Shown piece after piece: positions 1 to 8,267 of a stretch of DNA of 32,000 nt (within the stretch, counting starts at the first letter, position 1; each line of letters starts with the position of its first letter). The stretch is from an uncultured bacterium (GTDB taxonomy: Bacteria > Auribacterota > JACPWU01). Both the position numbers and the translations under genes were made by a program. Location: the NCBI GenBank assembly GCA_964640155.1, contig CAZXEQ010000003.1:194189-226188 (forward strand). The letters are read 5' to 3'. Under the pieces are notes generated by a model. It ran no database searches and was not told the origin of the DNA. It saw only the letters and a list, made by a program, of their open reading frames with translations.

Positions 1-2
1 TG

Positions 3-107
3 GAATTATGGAATCTTACAGCCTTGACAGTTATGCACGTTAATGAATGGAAGACATTTTTTGACGAAATCGGTTATACAGGGGACTATTACTGGTTTAT
101 TCCTTAA
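3..107 (+). CDS. 3' end of an upstream CDS entering from the left edge (product unknown)
   Basis: Frame 3 is open from the window edge (ELWNLTALTVMHVNEWKTFFDEIGYTGDYYWFIP*) and stops at TAA 105-107, 17 nt before the next start. Only 34 codons are visible and none forms a diagnostic motif. Confidence 0.3.
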   Translation, partial: ELWNLTALTVMHVNEWKTFFDEIGYTGDYYWFIP

Positions 108-124
108 TCTTAGAATATAGAAAT

Positions 125-1105
125 ATGAATATAGAAAATCATTCAAAAATAGCTATCGAGTTACTTCGGCGTATGAAACTGATTCGTATGACTGAGGAAA
201 CAATCGCAGAAAGATATTCTGAAGGTAAAATGCGTTGTCCTACTCATCTTTCTATTGGTCAAGAGGCTGTTGCAGCAGCAGCCGGATTAGCTTTGTCTTC
301 TAAAGATCAGGTTGTAAGTACACATCGATCACATGCTCATTACATTGGCAAAGGGGGTGATCTTAAAGCGATGATGGCTGAACTTTATGGAAAAAAAACG
401 GGGTGTAGTTCTGGGCGTGGAGGGTCCATGCATTTGACCGATATGTCCGTTGGCTATCTTGCCAGTACAGCCATTGTGGGCAATTCTATTCCTATAGGAG
501 TGGGAGCAGCACTCTCTAATCAAATATTAAAAAATGAACTTATCAGTTGTGTTTTTATTGGAGATGCCGCCGTAGAGACAGGCGTATTTCATGAATCAGC
601 AAATTTTGCTGCTTTAAAAAAGTTACCTGTTCTTTTTGTGTGTGAGAATAATTTTTATTCTGTCTACACTCATTTAAGAGAGCGTCAACCAGAGGGTAGG
701 GAAATTTGGAAGCTAGCAGCTGCGCATGGTTTAACATCGCAAACGGGAGACGGGAATGATGCGTGGACATGTTATTGTCAAATTTCAGATGCTTTAAACC
801 ATATTCGACAAGGAGGAAAGCCTGTTTTTTTAGAGTTTTTTACATATCGTTGGAGAGAGCATTGTGGCCCATTTTATGATGATGATTTAGGATACCGTCC
901 ACTCGAGGAGATCAGTGAATGGAAGGCGAAAGACCCTATTCCTAAACTTGAGAAAAAACTGTTGGATAGCGGACTTATAGATGCCAATGAAATTACGATG
1001 ATGAATCAGGAAATATTAGAAGAAGTAAATTCTGCGTTTCGTTTTGCTGAAGAGTCTGATTTTCCTTCAGCTGAGGATGCTTTCACGTTTCTTTATAAAG
1101 AATGA
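125..1105 (+). CDS. ThDP-dependent 2-oxoacid/acetoin dehydrogenase E1 component, alpha subunit-like
   Basis: 326 aa. Carries a ThDP-binding motif of the GDG-X(~26)-NN type (GDAAVETGVFHESANFAALKKLPVLFVCENN). An E1 beta partner follows 6 nt downstream. Confidence 0.85.
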   Translation: MNIENHSKIAIELLRRMKLIRMTEETIAERYSEGKMRCPTHLSIGQEAVAAAAGLALSSKDQVVSTHRSHAHYIGKGGDLKAMMAELYGKKTGCSSGRGGSMHLTDMSVGYLASTAIVGNSIPIGVGAALSNQILKNELISCVFIGDAAVETGVFHESANFAALKKLPVLFVCENNFYSVYTHLRERQPEGREIWKLAAAHGLTSQTGDGNDAWTCYCQISDALNHIRQGGKPVFLEFFTYRWREHCGPFYDDDLGYRPLEEISEWKAKDPIPKLEKKLLDSGLIDANEITMMNQEILEEVNSAFRFAEESDFPSAEDAFTFLYKE

Positions 1106-1111
1106 GGATTC

Positions 1112-2170
1112 ATGGCCAGAAATATTAAGTTTTCTCAGGCAATTAATGAAGCTTTGCATGAAGCAATGGCTGAAGATGCGCGTGTCATTATTTATGGTTT
1201 AGGTGTTCCGGATCCAAAAGCTATATTTGGTACAACATCAGGGCTAAGAGATCGTTTTGGCTCTGAAAGAGTTTTCGATATGCCTATTTCTGAAAATGCT
1301 ATGACAGGGATAGCTGTTGGAGCAGGACTCACGGGTTTAAGACCGGTTATGATTCATCAACGTTTAGACTTCTTTCTTTTGGCCATGGATCAATTGGTGA
1401 ATAGTGCAGCGAAATGGTATTACACTTTTGGTGGTAGAGCCAGTGTTCCTCTGACAATTCGTCTTTTGGTGGGGCGTGGTTGGGGTCAGGGTCCAACACA
1501 TTCTCAAAGTCTTCAATCATGGTTTGCACATATCCCTGGATTGAAGGTTGTAATGCCTACTTTTGCGAAGGATGCCAAAGGTTTGCTTTTATCCAGTATT
1601 TTTGATGATAATCCCGTTGTTTTCATAGAACATCGATGGTTGCATAATTCAGAAGGAGATGTTCCAGAGGAGAACGTTAGAATTCCTTTGGGTAAGGCAG
1701 CCTTGCTGAAAGAAGGGCGTGATTTGACGTTAGTAGGAATGTCTTTGATGACGATTGAGGCTTTAAAAGTTGCTGATGAACTTATGAAATATGGCATTTC
1801 GTGTGATGTTATTGACTTGCGCAGCATTAGTCCCTTAGATTGGGAAACTATTTTCGGTTCTGTTCGTAAAACAGGACGGATGTTAGTGATGGATACAAGC
1901 TGGCCTATCTGCTCTGTTTCTAGCGAAATTGTTGCTCAAGTAACAATGAATCTTTGGAGTTATCTTAAAGAAGCTCCTCAACGAATCACACTACCTCATT
2001 TTCCAGTTCCTACAGGTTTTTCTCTAACAAAAGACTTTTATCCAACGTCAAAACAAATTACTCAGCAAGTCTTGTCCATGTTGAAAGGGGCTCATGGAAA
2101 AGAAACTGTTGGCACAAATCACAATGAACTTCATGATATTCCTGGTAATTGGTTCAAGGGGCCTTTCTAA
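1112..2170 (+). CDS. ThDP-dependent dehydrogenase E1 component, beta subunit-like (transketolase-like Pyr and C-terminal domains)
   Basis: 352 aa. GAGGA Shine-Dalgarno just upstream. Shows typical E1-beta blocks (FDMPISENAMTGIAVGAGLTGLRPV, PVVFIEHRWL, DLTLVGMS, DVIDLRSISPLD). Confidence 0.85.
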   Translation: MARNIKFSQAINEALHEAMAEDARVIIYGLGVPDPKAIFGTTSGLRDRFGSERVFDMPISENAMTGIAVGAGLTGLRPVMIHQRLDFFLLAMDQLVNSAAKWYYTFGGRASVPLTIRLLVGRGWGQGPTHSQSLQSWFAHIPGLKVVMPTFAKDAKGLLLSSIFDDNPVVFIEHRWLHNSEGDVPEENVRIPLGKAALLKEGRDLTLVGMSLMTIEALKVADELMKYGISCDVIDLRSISPLDWETIFGSVRKTGRMLVMDTSWPICSVSSEIVAQVTMNLWSYLKEAPQRITLPHFPVPTGFSLTKDFYPTSKQITQQVLSMLKGAHGKETVGTNHNELHDIPGNWFKGPF

Positions 2171-2199
2171 AAAATTTTTGATTTTTCACGGAGGATTTA

Positions 2200-3246
2200 A
2201 TGAAGATTAAAGCAGCTGTATTGGTTGAGAATAAGAAGCCTTTGGTTATCGAAGAATTGGAAGTTCCTCCTTTAAGATTTGGACAAGTATTAGTTAAAAT
2301 ACTGGCATCAGGAATTTGTGGTTCGCAAATTAATGAAATTGACGCAGTCAAGGGCACAGATAAATTTTTGCCTCATTTGTTGGGGCATGAGGCAACTGCT
2401 ATCGTTGTCGATTGTGGAGAAGGTGTAACAACAGTTCGAAAAGATGATCGAGTGGTGTGTCATTGGAGAAAGGGCGCTGGAATTCATGCTCCAACAGCCC
2501 AATTTAAGTCGGCACGTGGAATGATTAATTCAGGGTGGGTAACGACTTTTAGTCAATATTCTGTTGTATCGGAAAATCGAGTAACAAAAATTCCCCCTGA
2601 TTTTGATCCAGAAATTGGTGCGTTAATGGGATGTGCCGTAACGACAGCCATGGGGGTCATTAATAATGATGCCCATCTAGGAATAGGAGAATCAATCGCA
2701 GTTTTTGGAACGGGGGGAGTGGGATTAAATATTGTGCAATTTGCGGCTTTAGTGATAGGGCATCCCATTATTGCAATTGACCTATATGATCATAAGTTGG
2801 AATTGGCGAAAAAATTAGGTGCAACCCATACCATTAATGCTTCTAGGGAAGATGTAACCACTCAAATAAGAAATATTGTCGGTACGGATGGGGTGGATGT
2901 TGCGATTGAAAATACAGGAGTTGCCGATGTCATAGAGACAGCTTATAACGTTACAAGCGGCAAGGGAAAAACGATTTTAGTGGGCGTATTAAATAAGAAT
3001 GGGAAATATCCCAGTTTCTATACCTTACCGTTACACTTTCAAAAGACTTTAAAGGGTTCCGAAGGTGGAAGTTCTAGACCTGACTTGGACATACCCAAGA
3101 TTGTACGGTTAGTTCAGTCAGGAAAAATCAAATTTGATGGACTTATTAGTAAGAGATATTCATTAAGTAAGATTAATGAGGCTATCGATGATTTGAGAAA
3201 AGGCAAAGTTGCTGGCCGATGTATTATCAATGACTTCGAAAACTAA
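2200..3246 (+). CDS. Zinc-dependent medium-chain alcohol dehydrogenase/reductase
   Basis: 348 aa. GGAGGA SD at about 2189. Has the GHE zinc-ligand motif (LGHEATAIV), an early CGSQ cysteine and a Rossmann GTGGVGLN motif. Confidence 0.85.
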   Translation: MKIKAAVLVENKKPLVIEELEVPPLRFGQVLVKILASGICGSQINEIDAVKGTDKFLPHLLGHEATAIVVDCGEGVTTVRKDDRVVCHWRKGAGIHAPTAQFKSARGMINSGWVTTFSQYSVVSENRVTKIPPDFDPEIGALMGCAVTTAMGVINNDAHLGIGESIAVFGTGGVGLNIVQFAALVIGHPIIAIDLYDHKLELAKKLGATHTINASREDVTTQIRNIVGTDGVDVAIENTGVADVIETAYNVTSGKGKTILVGVLNKNGKYPSFYTLPLHFQKTLKGSEGGSSRPDLDIPKIVRLVQSGKIKFDGLISKRYSLSKINEAIDDLRKGKVAGRCIINDFEN

Positions 3247-4105
3247 ATTGCCATCTACGTTGGTTGTAGGTTCCGATGGTTTGGTGGGACATACATTAAT
3301 AAACTTTTTACGGAAGACTGGGAGAAATGTTCTTGGGACAACGCGTCGTTCTGACTGTGTAAATGACCAAAATTTTTTTCTCGATTTGAGTAAAAATGTT
3401 GAATATTGGAAATCCCCATTAAATGTGCAGACGGCGGTTGTTTGTGCAGGAATCACCAGAATTGAAGCATGTCAAAACACCCCTGAGGAGAGTAAAAAAG
3501 TTAATGTGGATGGTATTTCAATGCTTATAAAGAATCTTGTAGCTGCTGGAATCTTTGTCATTTATTTATCTACAAATCAAGTATTTGATGGATCAAAACC
3601 TTATCGAATGCCAGATGATGCGCTTTGTCCTATTACAGAATATGGTCGTCAAAAAGCTGAGGCCGAGTCGTTTCTTCATACATTAAAAGATAATGTTGCG
3701 ATTGTTAGGTTTTCAAAAATTTTGAGTACGAAGGATCCTCTTTTTGAACAATGGAAAACCTCTCTTAAGAAAGGGGAAGTTATTTATCCATTTTGGGACA
3801 TGGTACTTGCTCCTGTTCCTCTTGATTTTGTAATCAAAGTTCTTCAACTTGTGATAGATAAACATTTGTCGGGAGTTTTACAGGTGTCGGGCGGGTATGA
3901 TTTATCTTATGCTGAGGCAGCTTATTTAAGTGCTAAATATATGAAAGTTGAATCTTCTTTAATTCAACCCATATCTGCTTATATAACAAATCGATTTAAA
4001 GAAACTTTGCCTACGCATACGACTTTGAATTGCGATCGACTTAAGCGTGAATTTAAAATTCTTCCTCCTGACGTGAGGTGGACAATTCAGAAAATGTTTT
4101 CTTAA
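3230..4105 (+). CDS. RmlD-like (dTDP-4-dehydrorhamnose reductase family) sugar-nucleotide SDR reductase
   Basis: Rossmann motif VVGSDGLVGHTL at the N-terminus, YxxxK catalytic motif (YGRQKAEAE), and about 290 aa as in RmlD-type reductases. The tracked ORF opens at TTG 3209. The in-frame ATG 3230 sits directly before the Rossmann strand and is preferred. Confidence 0.6.
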   Translation: MTSKTKLPSTLVVGSDGLVGHTLINFLRKTGRNVLGTTRRSDCVNDQNFFLDLSKNVEYWKSPLNVQTAVVCAGITRIEACQNTPEESKKVNVDGISMLIKNLVAAGIFVIYLSTNQVFDGSKPYRMPDDALCPITEYGRQKAEAESFLHTLKDNVAIVRFSKILSTKDPLFEQWKTSLKKGEVIYPFWDMVLAPVPLDFVIKVLQLVIDKHLSGVLQVSGGYDLSYAEAAYLSAKYMKVESSLIQPISAYITNRFKETLPTHTTLNCDRLKREFKILPPDVRWTIQKMFS

Positions 4106-4217
4106 TATGCGTTTATAGGTTTCTTTACTTTATTATTTGTTTATGAGTAGTTTTGATGAAAATTAATATAGATTTCGCAAATGAATAAGTTTATTTGTTA
4201 CATCAAAGGATTTTAAA

Positions 4218-5213
4218 ATGTCGCAGACATGTGTTGTTATCGGAAGTAACTGTTTTACCGGTAGCCATATCGTAGATGCACTTTTGCATGATTCAACATA
4301 TTCTGTCGTTGGTATAAGTCGATCACCAGAATATCCAGATATTTTTCTTCCTTATAAAAACAGAAAGAGTAACAGTAACAATTTTAAATTTTACCAAATT
4401 GATTTAGTGAAGCAATTTGAAGTTCTTGTTGATCTTTTAGATCGTCTTCGTCCTTCTGTCGTGGTTAACGTAGCTGCTTTGAGCGAAGTTGCTTTAAGTA
4501 ACTATAAACCTGTTGAATATTTTGAAGTGAACACGCTGGGAACCGTGAGGCTTTGTAATCATTTAAGGCAGTGTGATTATCTTAGTCAGTACGTTCATAT
4601 TTCATCGGCTGAGATTGTGGGTTCATGTGATAAAGCGATTCCAGAAGGAAAAATCTTTAAACCAAGTACACCTTATGCAGTTTCTAAAGCAGCTGCTGAT
4701 ATGTACATAGATACCTTAATACAGAATTTTGGATTTCCTGCAACTTTAATTCGGTCTACCAATGTTTATGGTAAGCATCAACAGCTTTTTAAAATTATTC
4801 CTCGAGCTATTATTTATCTTAAGCTTGGGAAAATTATAGAACTTCATGGTGCGGGGAAAGCGATTAAATCATTTATTCATGTGCGTGATGTTGTAGATGG
4901 TTTGATTCGTGCCATCAAGAGTCAAAAATTTGGTACATTTCATTTAAGTGTAATAAGTCAGCAAGCCATTTCGGATATTATTAAACAGATTACTTCCTGG
5001 ATGGGATATGACTTTGAGAAATCTGTTTCGGTAGTAGAAGAGCGGTTGGGACAGGATGCACAGTATTTGCTAGATTGTAATAGAGCAAAAAAAGAACTTA
5101 ATTGGAATCCTAAGATTTCATTTCAAGAAGGGGTTCAGGAAACTATCGATTGGATTGAAACGTATTGGGATTTAATCAAACAGTTCCCTTTGAGCTATGT
5201 TCATAAGATCTAG
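4218..5213 (+). CDS. Extended-SDR NAD-dependent sugar-nucleotide dehydratase/epimerase (candidate LegB-type 4,6-dehydratase)
   Basis: 331 aa. AAGGA SD upstream. Rossmann motif VVIGSNCFTGSHIV, an S-x-E element (ISSAEIVG) and YxxxK (YAVSKAAADMY). The S/T-x-E plus YxxxK combination fits the 4,6-dehydratase pattern, but a GalE-like epimerase cannot be excluded. Confidence 0.75.
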   Translation: MSQTCVVIGSNCFTGSHIVDALLHDSTYSVVGISRSPEYPDIFLPYKNRKSNSNNFKFYQIDLVKQFEVLVDLLDRLRPSVVVNVAALSEVALSNYKPVEYFEVNTLGTVRLCNHLRQCDYLSQYVHISSAEIVGSCDKAIPEGKIFKPSTPYAVSKAAADMYIDTLIQNFGFPATLIRSTNVYGKHQQLFKIIPRAIIYLKLGKIIELHGAGKAIKSFIHVRDVVDGLIRAIKSQKFGTFHLSVISQQAISDIIKQITSWMGYDFEKSVSVVEERLGQDAQYLLDCNRAKKELNWNPKISFQEGVQETIDWIETYWDLIKQFPLSYVHKI

Positions 5214-6456
5214 CCAGGGTCTTTTGCAAGTTTTTTACTGGGATCCGCTTCAAATATTTAAGAACTTTATAAAACTGTGCTTGTATATACTCGCCATTCC
5301 TGGTGTTTTTCTCATTCGTGTGATGCGACCATGGTTTCTAGTGCGCGTAGGATTTTTGATCAGTGAACGGATAGGACATTTTGCGGCCAACACGGAATTA
5401 TACCTCTGTGAGAAAGATGTAGGAATTAATGTGCCTAAGCAGCAGTATGTGGATTTATTTTCGTTACAAAAGAGAATTTGTAATCAACAATTAGTTGTCA
5501 TGTGGAGGCGAATCCTTCGTATTTGGCCATATTGGATTGTTGCCGCAATATTCAGGGTTAATCAGTTTATTCCTGGGGGGGGTATCCATGAAGTAGGGGG
5601 GAATACACAACATGATCGAGATGTTCATAATCTACTCGATCGATTCCCATCACATTTAGAATTTACCTCTGAAGAAGAAATGAGAGGGCAAATGGGTTTA
5701 CTTGCGATGGGGATTCCAAAAGGGGCATCTTTTGTTTGTCTAAATGTAAGAGACAATGCTTATCTTTCTGGCCACATCCCAGAGTATGATTGGAGTTACC
5801 ATGATTATCGTGACAGCAATATAAAGAATTATATTTTAGCTGCAGAGGAGCTTGCAAATCGTGGTTACTATGTAATTCGTATGGGAGCCAAAGTCAGAGA
5901 TCCAATCGATTCAAATCATCCTAAAATCATTGATTATGCAGTGAATGGAATGAGAACTGAATTTATGGATGTCTATCTTGGAGCAAAATGTTTTTTTAGT
6001 ATTTCGACTAGTACTGGATGGGATTCAATTCCCTATGTGTTTAGACGGCCTATTGTTTATGTGAACTTTCTTCCATTGGGAGGAGGATTTACTTTTATAA
6101 GGACTTCGTTATTTATTACAAGACGACATTTTTTAAAGCAAGAAAATAGAGTTCTTTCTTTAAGTGAAATATTTAAATATGGTGTTGGTTTTTCATATAG
6201 ATCAGAAGACTTTACTTCTAGAGGAATCAAATTGCTAGAAAATACTCCGGAAGAAATTCGTGATGTGATCGTAGAGATGGTTGAACGCTTAAATGGAACG
6301 TGGCAATCAAATGAAGTTGATGAAGATTTGCAGAAACGATTTTGGGAGATTTTTCCAGTAGATGCAAAAGCTCATAATGGCAATCCTTGGCATGGTGAAA
6401 TCAGATCGCGTTTTGGAACGATATTTCTGCGCAATAATCAAAATTGGCTAAAATAA
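5197..6456 (+). CDS. Uncharacterised putative glycosyl/other-group transferase (possibly TIGR04372-like); paralogue of 15837-17120
   Basis: 419 aa. Shares collinear blocks with the 15837 ORF: (F/Y)VCL(N/H)VR(D/E), YR(D/N)x(N/E)IKNY, GYxxxR(M/L)G, IDY, (F)MD(V/L)YL, CxFF, EN(T/S)xEEI. The family name is from memory of product names and is not verified. Contains a G8 tract at 5575-5582. Confidence 0.55.
   Translation: MFIRSSQGLLQVFYWDPLQIFKNFIKLCLYILAIPGVFLIRVMRPWFLVRVGFLISERIGHFAANTELYLCEKDVGINVPKQQYVDLFSLQKRICNQQLVVMWRRILRIWPYWIVAAIFRVNQFIPGGGIHEVGGNTQHDRDVHNLLDRFPSHLEFTSEEEMRGQMGLLAMGIPKGASFVCLNVRDNAYLSGHIPEYDWSYHDYRDSNIKNYILAAEELANRGYYVIRMGAKVRDPIDSNHPKIIDYAVNGMRTEFMDVYLGAKCFFSISTSTGWDSIPYVFRRPIVYVNFLPLGGGFTFIRTSLFITRRHFLKQENRVLSLSEIFKYGVGFSYRSEDFTSRGIKLLENTPEEIRDVIVEMVERLNGTWQSNEVDEDLQKRFWEIFPVDAKAHNGNPWHGEIRSRFGTIFLRNNQNWLK
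5575..5582 (+). repeat. Homopolymeric G8 tract inside the 5197-6456 CDS
   Basis: Read directly: cct ggg ggg ggt (P-G-G-G). A G6 run follows 13 nt downstream (5596-5601). Confidence 0.95.
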
Positions 6457-8264
6457 TGAAAAGTAAATCTAGTATTGTTGCAATCTTTAGAGAATTTCTG
6501 ACGCGATATCCCAGGCACTTTGGTTTCCTTTTTTTGCTGTTGTTGCTAGAAGGAGCTGTTGCAGCGATGTCCGTCTTGTCCCTTGTCCCGATAGCTGATT
6601 TTTTATTGGATCCCACATTTGAAAAACCTAGTCGAATAACACATGCATTTATCAACATCCTTTCCTATTTTGATTGGCCTCTTTCATTTTGGATCTTTGG
6701 AGCGTTATTTGTAACATTAAATTTATTAAAGGGGTTACTATCAGTAGGAATTCGTTATGCCATTTTGCGTATTAAATATGGTGTTGTACGTGGATTCTTT
6801 GGTGATGCACTAAGTGCTTTTTTTAGAGCTCGATGGGAATTTTTTAGTGGTTCTGATCATGGACGATTACTCAACACCTTAAATAAAGAGCTTAATACCA
6901 TCGGAGATACGTTAGGTCATTTAGCAACTTTACTGGCACAAATAATTCAACTTTGTATTTATCTTGCGATTCCAGTCTGTTTGAAGCCTCGGATGTCCAT
7001 GGTCGCAATAGGGCTTGCAATATCAGTTGGTTTACCCTTTATGCTTTTGCATCGAGTGAGTTATCGGTTAGGAAAATTTAATACCGAGACAGCCAATGTA
7101 GCAATGGGCGTTTTGAATGAATTGTTACAGTCGGCTCGCTTGATTTTAGGGTTTGGGCGTCAGGATAAAGCGAGGGGACGTTATTTAAATGCATTTGATC
7201 AACATGTACATGTTACGTTGCGCTCTCAAGTGCTGGGAACTGCGATTCCTTTACTGTTTCAACCTTTGGCCATGTTGGCGGTTGTTATTGCAGTAGGGTT
7301 TGGTCTTCAACAACAGGTGAGCATTTCTGAACTAGCAGCTGTCATGTGGAGTTTGCTTGCTTGTCTTCCAATCTTAGCAGCTTTGCTTCAAGGCAATCTC
7401 AGTATCAGTAACTTCTTGCCCAGCTATGAGCAGCTTGTTTCTCTGCGAAATCGGGCCTCTGAATTTGAAGAGGTGCAAGGGTCTCGCCAGTTTACACATT
7501 TAGAAAAAGGGATAGAGGTTAAGGGCGTCCATTTTAATTATCCAGGGCGCTCGCGTACATTGAAAAATTTAAATTTAGTCATTCGTAAAGGACAAATGAC
7601 AGCACTTGTGGGTGAATCTGGGGCAGGAAAATCAACAGTCACAGATTTGGTATTAGGACTACAAGTTCCATCAGAGGGACAGGTGTTGATTGATGGAATC
7701 TCTCTTTCGGAATGGAAGCAGAACAGCTTTCGTGATCGAGTGGGATATGTCCCTCAGGATCCTCTGCTATTCCATGCCTCTATAAAAGATAATTTACTTT
7801 GGGCTTTTGAACAGGCTGATGAGAATGCTCTTTGGGAAGCTTTGCGTTTAGCCAATGCTGAGAATTTTGTTAAAGTATTGCCTCAGGGGATAGATACTAT
7901 TGTAGGTGATCGTGGAGTTCGATTATCTGGAGGTGAGCGACAACGCATTGCACTTGCACGGGCATTGCTACGTAAACCGGAACTATTGATTATGGACGAG
8001 GCGACCAGTGCTTTGGATTCGGAGTCGGAACAATTGATTCAGCAATCTATTGAGCAAGTTGCTCACGATACAACGATTTTAATCATAGCGCATCGACTTT
8101 CTACGATTTCTAAAGCAGATCAAGTTTATATCATGAAAGAAGGACAAGTGATTGAAGAAGGGTCATTTAAAATTTTGAGTGCGACGGCTGGAAGTCGCTT
8201 AAATACAATGCTTAATACCCAACATCCCGCAAATCAAGTTATATCGTCTAAAGTGTTAGCATAA
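6456..8264 (+). CDS. Fused TMD-NBD ABC exporter (MsbA/PglK-like type I exporter)
   Basis: Hydrophobic N-terminal half. Walker A GESGAGKST, signature LSGGERQRIALARAL, Walker B LLIMDEATSALD, H-loop IAHRLST. ATG 6456 overlaps the previous TAA (TAATG). The tracked TTG 6444 start is less likely. Confidence 0.9.
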   Translation: MKSKSSIVAIFREFLTRYPRHFGFLFLLLLLEGAVAAMSVLSLVPIADFLLDPTFEKPSRITHAFINILSYFDWPLSFWIFGALFVTLNLLKGLLSVGIRYAILRIKYGVVRGFFGDALSAFFRARWEFFSGSDHGRLLNTLNKELNTIGDTLGHLATLLAQIIQLCIYLAIPVCLKPRMSMVAIGLAISVGLPFMLLHRVSYRLGKFNTETANVAMGVLNELLQSARLILGFGRQDKARGRYLNAFDQHVHVTLRSQVLGTAIPLLFQPLAMLAVVIAVGFGLQQQVSISELAAVMWSLLACLPILAALLQGNLSISNFLPSYEQLVSLRNRASEFEEVQGSRQFTHLEKGIEVKGVHFNYPGRSRTLKNLNLVIRKGQMTALVGESGAGKSTVTDLVLGLQVPSEGQVLIDGISLSEWKQNSFRDRVGYVPQDPLLFHASIKDNLLWAFEQADENALWEALRLANAENFVKVLPQGIDTIVGDRGVRLSGGERQRIALARALLRKPELLIMDEATSALDSESEQLIQQSIEQVAHDTTILIIAHRLSTISKADQVYIMKEGQVIEEGSFKILSATAGSRLNTMLNTQHPANQVISSKVLA

Positions 8265-8267
8265 TTT

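Noticed and set aside
125-2170. Reading the E1 alpha/beta pair as a housekeeping pyruvate, acetoin or branched-chain 2-oxoacid dehydrogenase.
   Set aside because: No E2 or E3 follows. The pair is operonic with sugar-nucleotide SDRs and glycan genes. The short visible tail of the upstream ORF shows nothing lipoyl-domain-like, though the upstream region is outside the window.
4106-4217. Sigma70-like promoters in the three larger gaps (4106-4217, 19667-19784, 24785-24933), for example TTGCTT-N17-TTTAAT near 24856.
   Set aside because: In sequence this AT-rich, near-consensus hexamers arise by chance. No candidate had both good hexamers and a sensible distance to the start codon. They are mentioned only as places to look.
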